In this document: in pieces, positions 25,758 to 35,504 of the stretch
Layout of the letters: each line of letters opens with the position of its first letter
Position numbering within the stretch: position 1 is the stretch's first letter
DNA from: an uncultured virus (IMG/VR IMGVR_UViG_3300009008_000008)
Taxonomy: Duplodnaviria > Heunggongvirae > Uroviricota > Caudoviricetes
IMG/VR virus record: IMGVR_UViG_3300009008_000008
Location: 62,001-126,000 of that record
Reading direction: 5' to 3' (one strand)
Length of the DNA: 64,000 bases
Position numbers and translations under genes: made by a program
The notes under the pieces: generated by a model
What the model was told of the DNA's origin: nothing
The model's database searches: none
The model's input: only the letters and a program-made list of their open reading frames with translations

Positions 25758-26446
25758 TCCTTATCCAAAAGGAGCTTCACTATTTCAGATGTGGCCTTCA
25801 CCGAAAAGAAAAAATTGACCTTTATGTTATGGTTCCGAGAACGTTTGTCTTCCATTTTTACTGTACTGGTTTGCTGTAGATCAACCGATACCTTTATACT
25901 GTCAGGTATCAGTGGTTGACCACCTAAGTGAAAGGGTGACAAGGACACGCAAACCTGTAATTGTATCACCGCGTCATGGATTTTTTGATTAAGGGTGGTA
26001 CGGAATATCTTGGATCCCTCCAGGCTGTCCAATGTCTTCCCAGCAAGGGCTTCTTCCAACATGGAACCCAGGTCCTCGATAACAGCGAATCGAATGGGTA
26101 TTTTCCCTTTGCTGTATAGCTTGGTAACTCGGGCAACAGCCACCTCCGAATCTCCCTCAATAGGACGGCTCTTGCTGTCGAGTGCTATCTTCGGTCCTCC
26201 ATCAGTAGTCCATTGAGGTACACAGAAAGGGCCTTTCGCTTTTGGATGGGTACGAAAACTGGTAATAAGGAGTTGACGTTCCTGGAACCTTCCTGTGATC
26301 CAATCTGACATAAAAGTAAAGGCTGCTTGAACATTCATTGGTATACCCTTCTTAGTGATAAGGGGACCCCTTAACCTATGTACAAACCTGGGGGTCCCCT
26401 TTATCTTTCCGCGTACGGTGATGAAAGACGCGCTTACAAACATCAA
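25754..26446 (-). CDS. Hypothetical protein
   Basis: 230-aa ORF coupled to both neighbours. Confidence 0.55.
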   Translation of the reverse strand: MMFVSASFITVRGKIKGTPRFVHRLRGPLITKKGIPMNVQAAFTFMSDWITGRFQERQLLITSFRTHPKAKGPFCVPQWTTDGGPKIALDSKSRPIEGDSEVAVARVTKLYSKGKIPIRFAVIEDLGSMLEEALAGKTLDSLEGSKIFRTTLNQKIHDAVIQLQVCVSLSPFHLGGQPLIPDSIKVSVDLQQTSTVKMEDKRSRNHNIKVNFFFSVKATSEIVKLLLDKE

Positions 26447-26907
26447 GAGCCAGTGGGTTGCGGTTCCTCCTGGCTGGGGGTTTCCCCATCAACAAGGGAA
26501 ATGTCCACCACCTTTTGGAGGCCCATCTGGAACACGCGTTCTGAAACACGAGGCCCCAGCTTTTTCAACTTCTGGCAAATTTTCCCCAACCGCGAGGGGT
26601 CGGCATCCAGGAGGGCCTCGACGAAGCCATCGCTGGCTTTGTCAAAATCGGTACCCACATAACCCTCCGTTGTGGCCGCAGGACATTGGTGGTTCCCTTG
26701 TGAAAAATGGCATTCATCGTAGGTCTTTTCTTCATGATCGAAAAGGTATTTGCACTGGGTACACTCCTTGCGGTACAATAACAAGGCATCCTTTTTGACC
26801 TGTTGCTGGGCGTTCTCTTGTGTGATGGCATCGGCCTCGGGTTCCGGCCGATCATCGACGTTTTCAGCTACCTCCTGAGGAGGGGTTTTTATTTCGGCAT
26901 TAGGCAT
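26443..26907 (-). CDS. Hypothetical protein with Cys cluster
   Basis: CTQC...ECH...QCPA. Confidence 0.6.
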   Translation of the reverse strand: MPNAEIKTPPQEVAENVDDRPEPEADAITQENAQQQVKKDALLLYRKECTQCKYLFDHEEKTYDECHFSQGNHQCPAATTEGYVGTDFDKASDGFVEALLDADPSRLGKICQKLKKLGPRVSERVFQMGLQKVVDISLVDGETPSQEEPQPTGS

Positions 26908-26990
26908 AACGTTTTTCCACCAAGGTGAGGGAAGACGGGAGGGGTAAAACCGCTACCCCTCCCGACAAATCAGTAAGACCCTGTTAAGGT

Positions 26991-27782
26991 CTACCAGTCA
27001 CCGTGGCCGTCTTCACCCTCATCATCTTCACCTTCGTAGTCACCGTCTTCACCCTCATCTCCGTCGTAATCGGCCTCGGGTTCCGGTTCCTTCTTCTTGC
27101 GGCGGCTGGAAGTCGAAGCCTTGGAAGAACGACTCCGCTTGGGCTTCTCCTCCTCAGCAGGCTCTTCGTCACCCTCGTAGTCACCGTCTTCACCCTCATC
27201 TCCGTCGTAATCGGCCTCGGGTTCCGGCTCCTTCTTCTTACGACTCCGCTTGGGCTTCTCTTCCCCAGCGTCCTCTTCTTTGGACTTCCTGCTCCGACGG
27301 CTGGAGGAAGACTTCCGCCCCTCCCCGTCCTCTTCCATCACCACCGTGGTACCCTCGGCAGGAACCTGGATTTCGGAACCGTCTTCCAAGGTACAAAGGA
27401 ATCCAGCTTCGGTGGCGGTAACTTCACTGGCCAAGAAGCTCTCGACCTGCACCGGCAGATCATTCCGCTTGATGACACCGGCATCGGCCTTGCCGTCAGC
27501 ACCCGACATGGAGGCAATCACGCTGTTGTGGACCATCTGGTTGAGTACCTTGCTCGACCCTGGCTTACTGTGACGGATGGTAGCAGCGTTCTCATCGGCG
27601 GAGGTAATGGTACCTGGTTGCCGACGATTGGCGCCAAGGGCCGTCAAACCGATAGGGCTAACCGTGTTGACCTGCCACATCCCCTGGGCCCGTTGCCGAC
27701 GGCTCGGGCGACGATTGCGGGAAGAGGTTTTGGAGGCAGTGGTTTTTTTGCTGCTGCTGGAACTGCTGGAACGTCGTGCCAT
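26991..27782 (-). CDS. Low-complexity charged protein (basic Ser/Arg N-tail, acidic repeated C-tail), possibly nucleoid-associated
   Basis: AAGGAG RBS; exact 53-bp internal repeat at 27034-27086 and 27175-27227. Confidence 0.7.
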   Translation of the reverse strand: MARRSSSSSSSKKTTASKTSSRNRRPSRRQRAQGMWQVNTVSPIGLTALGANRRQPGTITSADENAATIRHSKPGSSKVLNQMVHNSVIASMSGADGKADAGVIKRNDLPVQVESFLASEVTATEAGFLCTLEDGSEIQVPAEGTTVVMEEDGEGRKSSSSRRSRKSKEEDAGEEKPKRSRKKKEPEPEADYDGDEGEDGDYEGDEEPAEEEKPKRSRSSKASTSSRRKKKEPEPEADYDGDEGEDGDYEGEDDEGEDGHGDW

Positions 27783-27955
27783 GGTTGGCTTCTCCTTTGA
27801 AAGTGGAATGAGCTTTCGGCTCTGTAAAACATCAACTGTAGTACTACATCGTGTGACTGTTCTTTGCTTTCCCTAAACTTACTGTTTAATGTTTATCTGT
27901 GTCGGCCCTCCTTATGTTCTCCTCGTTTACACCTGCTGCCCTAACGCTCGCCTAC

Positions 27956-27984
27956 ATTGTATCGAATCCTTGGGCGCCTGTCAA
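27956..27984 (-). promoter_or_regulatory. Sigma70-type promoter with shared downstream leader
   Basis: TTGACA-17 nt-TACAAT followed by GTAGGCGAGCGTTAGG. Confidence 0.8.
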
Positions 27985-28084
27985 GGAAAAAATCCTGCAT
28001 CACATCCCTACGATTCTCAGCAAGTTAGGCACAACGCCTCGGCCCAACAAACCATGCCTTGCAAAAATCCTTGCTTACACCTTC

Positions 28085-28092
28085 TATTTACA
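28085..28092 (-). promoter_or_regulatory. TGTAAATA putative promoter
   Basis: Exact intergenic motif copy. Confidence 0.55.
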
Positions 28093-28154
28093 ACGTTGGG
28101 CTCAAATCTGGTCAGAAAGCCCTGGATTAAAAAATTTCATTGGATAACACGACG

Positions 28155-29063
28155 TTAGGCACCCACAAAGAACCTAGGTACCAATTCACAACGAGATGGC
28201 AGAGAAGACCTCTCAAGGGAGTGGCCCTGTAACCGGTGCAAACGGCGCCCTCTTTGGCTCCAATACAGGAAGGGTGCAGCCAAGACCGGTGCTAGGTGCC
28301 TGTTAGAAGTCAGACACAAGTCCAAAATATGGGCTTCATTTTCACAAAACGTAACTATCGCCGCACCCTGCACTGTTGTTTGGGCTTTATCCAGCAACAC
28401 CAGTATGCCTTGTTCTCTGATATGAATGTCCTTCAAAAGGACCTTTAAATAAGGCTGGGAAGTGTTACCCCGCTTGGTGTCCTCCAAGCGCCGTAAAGCA
28501 TATACCTCTGTCAGGTCAAAATCTTGGATAAGTTGGGCACGGCTACGAGGACTCTCGGCTATGCGTAATCTACCAGAGTCTAACAGCTTTTGGGTCCTTG
28601 TATAAACAGAGGACCCAACATCCAACTCATGTATGTAGTGGCGGGCGGTCCCGGAGAACTGGAAGGTAGGTATGTTCATCCCTGATAATACCCTCTGTTC
28701 TTCCCTTGTCCAAAAAGGTGCTATGAATTTGCTTAAAAGTTCGAACCCATGCGGAGGCATTAGGCCGCGCATGTTAGACACCAAAGGGATGGATACATCT
28801 TGCACTACACCTATGGCTACGGTAAAAGGTTCCTGATCCAATAAATGACTTAAACATTGGAGGCGCTCTAGTGACAGCATCAAATTGTGTAGCGTATCCA
28901 CGGTCGGGGCATACCTGTGGTGGTTGGTACGTTCAATCCATGTATCCAGACCCCCCACTATAAGTGACCAATCCGCACGTATGGCTTCAGCACCAATAAT
29001 AACGTTCATCAGTTTTCCAAATGTAATGTGAAGGACTCTGGTTTTTATGGGTACGTAGGTCAA
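28155..29063 (-). CDS. Hypothetical protein, possible degenerate GNAT-like C-terminus
   Basis: VQGAAIVTFCENEAHILDLCL resembles GNAT beta-strands; weak. Confidence 0.45.
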   Translation of the reverse strand: MTYVPIKTRVLHITFGKLMNVIIGAEAIRADWSLIVGGLDTWIERTNHHRYAPTVDTLHNLMLSLERLQCLSHLLDQEPFTVAIGVVQDVSIPLVSNMRGLMPPHGFELLSKFIAPFWTREEQRVLSGMNIPTFQFSGTARHYIHELDVGSSVYTRTQKLLDSGRLRIAESPRSRAQLIQDFDLTEVYALRRLEDTKRGNTSQPYLKVLLKDIHIREQGILVLLDKAQTTVQGAAIVTFCENEAHILDLCLTSNRHLAPVLAAPFLYWSQRGRRLHRLQGHSLERSSLPSRCELVPRFFVGA

Positions 29064-29715
29064 CGCTATTGACCTCTAATACCAGACCAGACGTAGGATA
29101 GGGAAATTGTGGACTGTCAAGGCGCCCAAACACCTTTTGTAAACGGGCCTCCACTGTTGCGAGTGATAAGGTTCCTATGTCTCGACACAAGAAAGCAGGA
29201 GAGGCATGAGGTGTCAGGAAGGGTACACCCGCAAGTAAGTCTAACTCACCTAGCCTGTTTATAAGTTCCTTTTCCGGTGTCCTGAGGCTATGAGCCGCGA
29301 ACGCCAAATAGCGTGTCCTCCTCACCCAGATTTGCTCATCCTGTTGCGTCACGGTTGCATGTAGGGCACCTAAAGTAGCGAGTCCTAACGTTCCCTTGAA
29401 CAAGTGTCTGTCTACGGTCAAGGTCCCAAATACGGATATCCTAGGTTCCTTAAACCCACCAAACACCTTACCCTTGGCAATCAACCGTTGTGGCAACAAA
29501 GGACCCAGACGTTCGGTAAAGCACGCTTCTTGTCCAAGGGAGTTCATGTACACCACCCTATCAAGTTTGTATTTGTCGTAACGTACTTCCAGTGGGAGCC
29601 CTTGCAGGACAGGGCGCACTAACAGGTAACACTTACCCGTGCTCTTGGACTGTAAAGTGGAAAGAAAATTGTGGAGCCCTTCTCTTTTTTGTTGGTTTAA
29701 AGAAAACATGGACAC
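28987..29715 (-). CDS. Inactive NAD+-ligase adenylation-domain paralog
   Basis: Collinear with LigA motifs: LVRPVLQGLPLEVRY (motif I without KxDG), LPQRL, ISVFGTLTV, YLAF, YPTSGLVLEVN. Confidence 0.6.
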   Translation of the reverse strand: MSMFSLNQQKREGLHNFLSTLQSKSTGKCYLLVRPVLQGLPLEVRYDKYKLDRVVYMNSLGQEACFTERLGPLLPQRLIAKGKVFGGFKEPRISVFGTLTVDRHLFKGTLGLATLGALHATVTQQDEQIWVRRTRYLAFAAHSLRTPEKELINRLGELDLLAGVPFLTPHASPAFLCRDIGTLSLATVEARLQKVFGRLDSPQFPYPTSGLVLEVNSVDLRTHKNQSPSHYIWKTDERYYWC

Positions 29716-29760
29716 CTCGATAAAAATTTTTGGGTACCTAATGATATGCGACCTACCGTC

Positions 29761-29768
29761 TATTTACA
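29761..29768 (-). promoter_or_regulatory. TGTAAATA putative promoter
   Basis: Exact intergenic motif copy. Confidence 0.6.
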
Positions 29769-29769
29769 A

Positions 29770-30610
29770 GAAAATTTCCATTTTAGGGTTGGTCAAATCT
29801 TGATCTTATTTGGACAATTTTTCAATGAATTTGGTATGGCGTAAAATGAGGTTGAAAACCAAAACGTATAGGGTATAAGAGAAACTTAGGGCACCACATA
29901 AAGGGAGGTGGGGCCTATGAAGGAAGGGCGGGTAGAAAGTTAAGATCCAAAATCGGTTCAAACTTGGAAAAGCGGGATTTCAGAATACCTCTTAATCCAG
30001 TATAAATACCGAAAGGATAAAGCGAATAGGTTGAAGGATTTTGGTCAAAAATCGTGATCCACAAGAAAATCTTTACCAAACCAAATCCTGCCTATCCAAT
30101 TAATCCAAGGTAACGTCTGAGGTTAATGATAGGTAAAAAGCATATGGGTACCACCACTTGGGAGAACTATATAGAAGTAGCGAGTCGGGCCAGCGGGTAT
30201 TGGTTTCTAACATTGGGACTGGATCTCACAAGGGACATGGATCTAAAGATATCCAAAAACCCTAGGGTATACCCTGTTACAGAAGGCGTCGCGGCGCGGA
30301 GCGCGTGCGCCTTCTGGTGGACTAAGGACCGTCCCCACTCATCCTAGACATGTAAAATTGGATACCACCTCTTCCTCCATTTGGTAGGTTCAATGTCTAG
30401 GATGAGTGGGGACGGTCAAGGATAGAAAGAGATGTAGGCTGTCGCTACGCTCCAGGCGCCTACATCTCCCTCCAGTAGGGCGTAGCCCTGGTGTTTAGGT
30501 AAGGAAAGAAATTTAAGACCTCCTCCAGAATCGGAGTAATCACCACTGGGTCTGACTAATTTAAAATTGAAGATGGTTGATTTGCGGTGTACCGCCCTAC
30601 TCTAATTTCT
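29770..30610. other. Long noncoding AT-rich region with clustered inverted repeats; candidate replication origin or structured RNA
   Basis: No credible ORF; flanked by divergent TGTAAATA motifs; hairpins at 30281-30315, 30327-30417 and 30429-30468. Confidence 0.5.
30327..30417. repeat. Perfect 25-bp inverted repeat with 41-nt spacer
   Basis: gaccgtccccactcatcctagacat (30327-30351) and its exact reverse complement (30393-30417). Confidence 0.95.
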
Positions 30611-30618
30611 TGTAAATA
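30611..30618 (+). promoter_or_regulatory. TGTAAATA putative promoter
   Basis: Exact motif 30 nt upstream of the 30649 start. Confidence 0.6.
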
Positions 30619-30648
30619 AATTGGGAATGAGGATGGTCACAATCAACC

Positions 30649-32169
30649 GTGAATGAGGATGGTATGAGATTGAAGGATCATGTATTTGAGCCGGCCCTGG
30701 CATCCTACCTAGAGGAGTTGGTTCCGATTCAATGGGATCAACGATTTTTTACCAATAGGGAGAGAAGCCAGATTAAGAGGTTCCTGTGTCACCTAGCCTA
30801 CGAAGGCTTGTTTGGGTTAGGGAGATCTACGTTTAAGGTTTGGGTACCTATTCCCTGGACCACCTTACATGTAGAAGCCAGAACCGTTACCCGTTCTTTT
30901 GGTACCGACAAAGGTTACGAGCTCCTGGAAAAGCTGGGTCTCATTGAAACCACCAATTATGATAGGCACCGTCGGTTGTGCCGCGAGTACCGACTCGCGT
31001 GGAAACACCTTAAGGCTCTTATCATTAGGATGGTTTCTTTATTTCATCTGGACCACCATCCTTGGGGCCAGGACAGGCGGCAAGATCATATTTTATTGAA
31101 AGCGGTCCTCGGTAGGGTAGAAGGAAAGCGGTTACCTAGGAACAAGATATCGGTACCACTTACCACCCACAGTCTACGCGTTATGAAAAACCGATACGTG
31201 GATTTTCCTGGACTGGTGACCCACATGTATCAGAGTTATAGAGATCGGGCAAAGAATGTTGGCGGCTCTTGGAACCGGTTTAAAGCCAACCTTCGGGTAT
31301 GTTATTTTTTGTTGAGGCACCTCAAGCTGGATACAATAGGATGGTATTACCGTCCGCGGTATAAGAGTGGTACGACCGGACGTATCCACGAAATAGGTGG
31401 TGGACTGCAAAACGCTCCTGTAGAAATGAAAGTTCGATCTCTCACCACAGGGCAGGTCAATTACGACCTAGCGGCATCTCAACCAACAATATTGATTTCT
31501 GAATTTGAACAACACGGTATCGACACCCAATGGTTGGAGAACTATGTTGAGAATCCAAAGGCCAAGGAAAACGCCGCCCAGCGGTGTGGTATTTCTGTAG
31601 CTTGCTGGAAGACTATTTTTTGTGCCCTCCTGACAGGCGCCCGTCTTGTCAAACATCCTCAAAGCTCTATCATGCAAGAACTAGAGCACCATCTTGGAAC
31701 ATGGGATGCCGCCTGCGAGGCATTTGATCGGTTCCACTCTTACACACAACCACTCCAAAAAGGTATCAAGGACTGGATCCAGGTTTTACTGGATACCCCT
31801 GCTGGTGTTCGCGGTGGTAAAAAATGGTGGCGTAACAAAATCGGTTTGAGGTTCGTACACCACCGAAATTGTGGCCAGCGTCTGATGGCGTTTATGGTAC
31901 AGGGACAGGAGTCGGCTTTCATCCAAACATTGGTCATTGAACTGGCCAAGGTGGGAATTCCTGTTGTGGCCAATGAACACGATGGGTTTATTGCTGTCGG
32001 GGACCTGCCCTTGGGGGCCTGTCAACAAGCAGCAGAGAAGGTGGGTCAGGGAAGGTGGCGTTTTAAGATAGACGCTGTAGGGCCCTCAGAGGGCCAGGGG
32101 AGGTCTTTGGAACCATACCTGAGGGAAGTAGAAGCGGGGTACAAGAAACAGCAAGGAAGGACCGTATAG
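30649..32169 (+). CDS. Divergent family-A-polymerase-like protein with putative N-terminal wHTH and no exonuclease domain
   Basis: TTGRIH, GLQN, NYDLAASQP (motif A), WKTIFCALLTG (B-like), VQGQES, NEHDG (motif C). Confidence 0.65.
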   Translation: MNEDGMRLKDHVFEPALASYLEELVPIQWDQRFFTNRERSQIKRFLCHLAYEGLFGLGRSTFKVWVPIPWTTLHVEARTVTRSFGTDKGYELLEKLGLIETTNYDRHRRLCREYRLAWKHLKALIIRMVSLFHLDHHPWGQDRRQDHILLKAVLGRVEGKRLPRNKISVPLTTHSLRVMKNRYVDFPGLVTHMYQSYRDRAKNVGGSWNRFKANLRVCYFLLRHLKLDTIGWYYRPRYKSGTTGRIHEIGGGLQNAPVEMKVRSLTTGQVNYDLAASQPTILISEFEQHGIDTQWLENYVENPKAKENAAQRCGISVACWKTIFCALLTGARLVKHPQSSIMQELEHHLGTWDAACEAFDRFHSYTQPLQKGIKDWIQVLLDTPAGVRGGKKWWRNKIGLRFVHHRNCGQRLMAFMVQGQESAFIQTLVIELAKVGIPVVANEHDGFIAVGDLPLGACQQAAEKVGQGRWRFKIDAVGPSEGQGRSLEPYLREVEAGYKKQQGRTV

Positions 32170-32271
32170 GCAGATGGGGGCGGATCCCGGAGCCGATTCG
32201 GAACCCACCCCCATGGTGGAGAAGCAACGCCCGATGAGGCTATAATTACCCTTCACGAACGTCACTATAAA

Positions 32272-32670
32272 TTAGTCAGAGCCTTGAGTTGGTTGGACAG
32301 TCAAATATTTGGCGGCATACTCAGGTGTGGAAAAAAGCCTGGTGACTCCCACTATGTCCCCAAAGTTATTCCTTACAGTGCTACCCCAACTGGTGTCAGG
32401 TGCGAACACGTCAGGGCGGCTTCTTATATGGGTGATGACCAGGCGACTGACCAGGTATACAGTGCCCTCTTGAGGATCTGGAAGCCCCTCAATAAACTCC
32501 GGTTCGCTAAGGGGGTTCACAGGTACCGGAAGTCCCTCCACCAGTCGGAGGCTTTTCTTTTTGAACTTGATGCGGGCTATCTTTCCAGATGGTGGTATCT
32601 CGGTTATACCCGCTTTACCGATTAAACTGATCGGGTGTTTGGTCAAGTTGATCATTTTGGTGATTTCCAT
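32272..32670 (-). CDS. Conserved hypothetical protein
   Basis: NLTKHPI...IPPSGKIAR...GLPDPQEGTVYLVS...RPDVFAPD pattern, common in viruses. Confidence 0.7.
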   Translation of the reverse strand: MEITKMINLTKHPISLIGKAGITEIPPSGKIARIKFKKKSLRLVEGLPVPVNPLSEPEFIEGLPDPQEGTVYLVSRLVITHIRSRPDVFAPDTSWGSTVRNNFGDIVGVTRLFSTPEYAAKYLTVQPTQGSD

Positions 32671-32707
32671 TTTTGTCCTTGCCGTGGTTGACTAATAAGC
32701 ATGTAAC

Positions 32708-33187
32708 TCAACGACGGTCGGTTTTCCTTATTGGCCGCCACATGTCTTGAGGGTTATAGACTCCTGGTGGTATAGGGAACCAACGGTCCTTATATCGTTG
32801 GATGGTTTTCAAGGGGATCCCTTTTGTGTTGTGTCTCTGGCATCCCTCAGGGTCCCAAGCCCAGTCTGTAGTGGGTTCCATGATATGGACGGATGCTCGA
32901 TGCTCATAAGCGATCTGGAAATAAGGTAGGAGCTCTTGGAGTCGAGTCAGGGTATTTGATACCACTCCCCCACCACGTTCCTCTAGTGCTCTTTTAATAC
33001 CCTCCCTACACCACCTGTGTGCTGACCGTAGTTTCTTTGCGTCATGGGCATACCGGCCCGAGTTGGCGTCTACCATTAACATGTCCACTTCATAGTGGGA
33101 CACGCCATATTCTCGGGCTACGTGCTGGGCCAGGGTGGTTTTCCCTGACCCAGGCAGTCCCCTGACAATCCAGAGGTTGTTTGACAT
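32708..33187 (-). CDS. P-loop kinase (AAA_33 / polynucleotide-kinase-like)
   Basis: IVRGLPGSGKTTLA, AHRWC, VVSNT. Confidence 0.85.
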   Translation of the reverse strand: MSNNLWIVRGLPGSGKTTLAQHVAREYGVSHYEVDMLMVDANSGRYAHDAKKLRSAHRWCREGIKRALEERGGGVVSNTLTRLQELLPYFQIAYEHRASVHIMEPTTDWAWDPEGCQRHNTKGIPLKTIQRYKDRWFPIPPGVYNPQDMWRPIRKTDRR

Positions 33188-34371
33188 TACTTACTCCAAT
33201 CGTTGTTTACTTCGCGTTTCGTGTAACACTCCTCACAGAACGCTCTCTCAACCTCAGAGTTCTCATCCTTGTTGTCCGGAACACCCCATCCCTTCCGCCC
33301 CAGTTCTGCTGTGCAATCGGAACATTTCCGCTTCTCAGGCTCTCCCCAACATTCGTCACATAGGTCGTCCCCTCCGTCGATTTCCTCTTGAGACAGGCGC
33401 CCACCACAGTTGTCACAGAATCCCATCGACACTGTTTTGGTATCCTGGACCTCCACTGTTCCTTCCTCGAAGCCTTCCTGGTCTTTGTACAATATCTTCC
33501 GCCTTGCCTCGTACACTTCTGGGGAGACAAACGTGGCACCCTTGCGGTGTTTGACGAGTCCGCTGTAGCTGAATTTCAGGAACCGGAATAAGGCCAGCAC
33601 ATCCTCAGCCACTGCCTCCTTCCCTTCCGCTTTTAGTAATCCCTTGGCCTGTAATGCTTTAAGATGTACCAAGGTATCCCCTGTAGCGGCCCCCTCTATA
33701 AACGCCTCTCCGTTTATCCCCCAATTAAACAGAGTTGCCATAATATCAACTTTAAATTCCTCTCTACCCTTAACTGAAGTGTCATCAACTCGGATGATAG
33801 CCACACCTGGAATGTGGAACTTGGTTTTGTGGGTGGGTTCTCCATAAAGTTTTCGTTCCGTCATGGCCCTATAGAGGTCCCCTTGTGTCATCATGTAGCC
33901 ATGCCAGTCAGAGAATGGGCGTAGGATCGGTTTCAGAGAGGGTTTTTTGTGTTGTTTAACCACATTTCTTGGTACTAGAAGGGGAAGGACGTATTCGGTT
34001 TTGGGCGGGCAGAAAGCTGGCTTGGTATCAGGAACCAAAAGTCTATCTTCCTCAGGAAGCGGTTCCTGTTTTTCAGGAATCTGTGGCGGTTGGACCTCAA
34101 CGGGTAGAGGTTTTTTGGGCTCCTCTTTTTCTGTAGTGGGTACCACGCTCAATGGTGGTACTTGGGTGCGGAGTTGAGGGATAGCATCCAAATCGGGGAG
34201 TCGGTCCGCCATGTAGAGTTCCAACGAACGATACCCAAGCACATACCATCCCTTGTGTTTGATGAAGTCCTGTAGGTTGGCGTTGAACCGAGACGCTTGT
34301 TCCACGTGCTCTTTGCTCCTGGCTTGAGCTTCGGCGAATGTTATTTCTTTTTGCGCGGGATTTATCATCAC
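33187..34371 (-). CDS. Hypothetical protein with C-terminal zinc fingers
   Basis: AGGAGG RBS; GWYVLGYRSLELY N-domain, Pro-rich linker, four CxxC. Confidence 0.65.
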   Translation of the reverse strand: MMINPAQKEITFAEAQARSKEHVEQASRFNANLQDFIKHKGWYVLGYRSLELYMADRLPDLDAIPQLRTQVPPLSVVPTTEKEEPKKPLPVEVQPPQIPEKQEPLPEEDRLLVPDTKPAFCPPKTEYVLPLLVPRNVVKQHKKPSLKPILRPFSDWHGYMMTQGDLYRAMTERKLYGEPTHKTKFHIPGVAIIRVDDTSVKGREEFKVDIMATLFNWGINGEAFIEGAATGDTLVHLKALQAKGLLKAEGKEAVAEDVLALFRFLKFSYSGLVKHRKGATFVSPEVYEARRKILYKDQEGFEEGTVEVQDTKTVSMGFCDNCGGRLSQEEIDGGDDLCDECWGEPEKRKCSDCTAELGRKGWGVPDNKDENSEVERAFCEECYTKREVNNDWSK

Positions 34372-34524
34372 TATTGACCTCCTGCTGTTTTCTAGGGTCT
34401 TTTAATACAACTGTGGGTTCGTCTGGGGAGAGAATCGGAAGGAGGTCCTGTGGTGGGTGTTGCTGGGCGATCTTATCGCGGGGACCCTTCTCATGGATAA
34501 TATCCTCAGGGAACGTTCAACATT

Positions 34525-34532
34525 TATTTACA
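34525..34532 (-). promoter_or_regulatory. TGTAAATA putative promoter
   Basis: Exact intergenic motif copy. Confidence 0.55.
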
Positions 34533-34592
34533 AGCTCTCGGGCGGCGGCCCAGGAAACCTGGGAACACCACCCTCAAGAGCCCTTTGTTTGG

Positions 34593-35426
34593 TTATGCGG
34601 GCATTGCCACCTGACCGTTGTTGATTAACATGGCCATCTGGCTGTCCGTAAGCTTCAGTTCAACAGCTTCCCGGTCTTCGGGGTTCATCATGGCCATCAT
34701 GGCTTGGGTGAGGAATTTGGTTCCACCCTCAACCGCTTTCTTCGCCCGACGTTTGGCCACTGCCTTGATCTGGGCCAGCCTCTCTTTGGTAGCTGCCGGG
34801 TTTTTCTTGGTCTCGACTTTTTCGGCCATGGCTACCGCTTCCTGGGCTCCCGCTTTCTTGGCCGCTCTGCGGGCCTTGCGGGTGGCTTTCTTTTTGGTCT
34901 CGACTTCCACTTTATTGTCGGCGGTCCTGGCGAGCCTGAACATACCCTGCTCTTCCATCAACCGGACGGTACCTTCGATGTGCTTGCAAACGCCGGGGAT
35001 ATGCTCGGGATTGCGGGGCTTGCCTGTGCCTTTGGGCTTCTCATACTTAAATGCTGGGCCCGTCATCTGCTCGGTCTCTTTCAGGGTGGGTGCCCAAGTA
35101 AATTTGAAATCCTGGCAAGAACACCGAACCTGCGGAGTCGAGCGGGTCGTGATCGGGCGGATGAAAACTGGGCGGTTTTTGCGGCCTCTCTTATAGACCG
35201 CGGCTTCGACCGAATAACGCCGGCTCTTGGTCTCGGTCATCAGTACCTTGTCAAAAACCATCTGGACTTCGTAGTTTTCACCGGTTCCTTCGACTCGGGC
35301 AACGATGCGGGCCCTGGTGCTGTCCTTGGGATTAATCTGAACTTTTTGAATCGTGACCTTGTTGGTCGGGATGTGGTTGACTTTGCGAAGTTTTTCGCCG
35401 CTTGCGATCAATGCTTGGATATTCAT
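34593..35426 (-). CDS. SWIM zinc-finger protein with basic tail
   Basis: VRCSCQDF...RNP...GVCKHI. Confidence 0.75.
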   Translation of the reverse strand: MNIQALIASGEKLRKVNHIPTNKVTIQKVQINPKDSTRARIVARVEGTGENYEVQMVFDKVLMTETKSRRYSVEAAVYKRGRKNRPVFIRPITTRSTPQVRCSCQDFKFTWAPTLKETEQMTGPAFKYEKPKGTGKPRNPEHIPGVCKHIEGTVRLMEEQGMFRLARTADNKVEVETKKKATRKARRAAKKAGAQEAVAMAEKVETKKNPAATKERLAQIKAVAKRRAKKAVEGGTKFLTQAMMAMMNPEDREAVELKLTDSQMAMLINNGQVAMPA

Positions 35427-35504
35427 CTGTTTACCGCTCCTACGTTTGGGTTGTGGCCTATGGCATCCTGCCTGCCCCTGCTCTCTTCCCTAATCTTCAC
35501 CTAC

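Noticed and set aside
30055..30063. DnaA box (TGATCCACA)
   Set aside because: Single copy with a mismatch; expected by chance.
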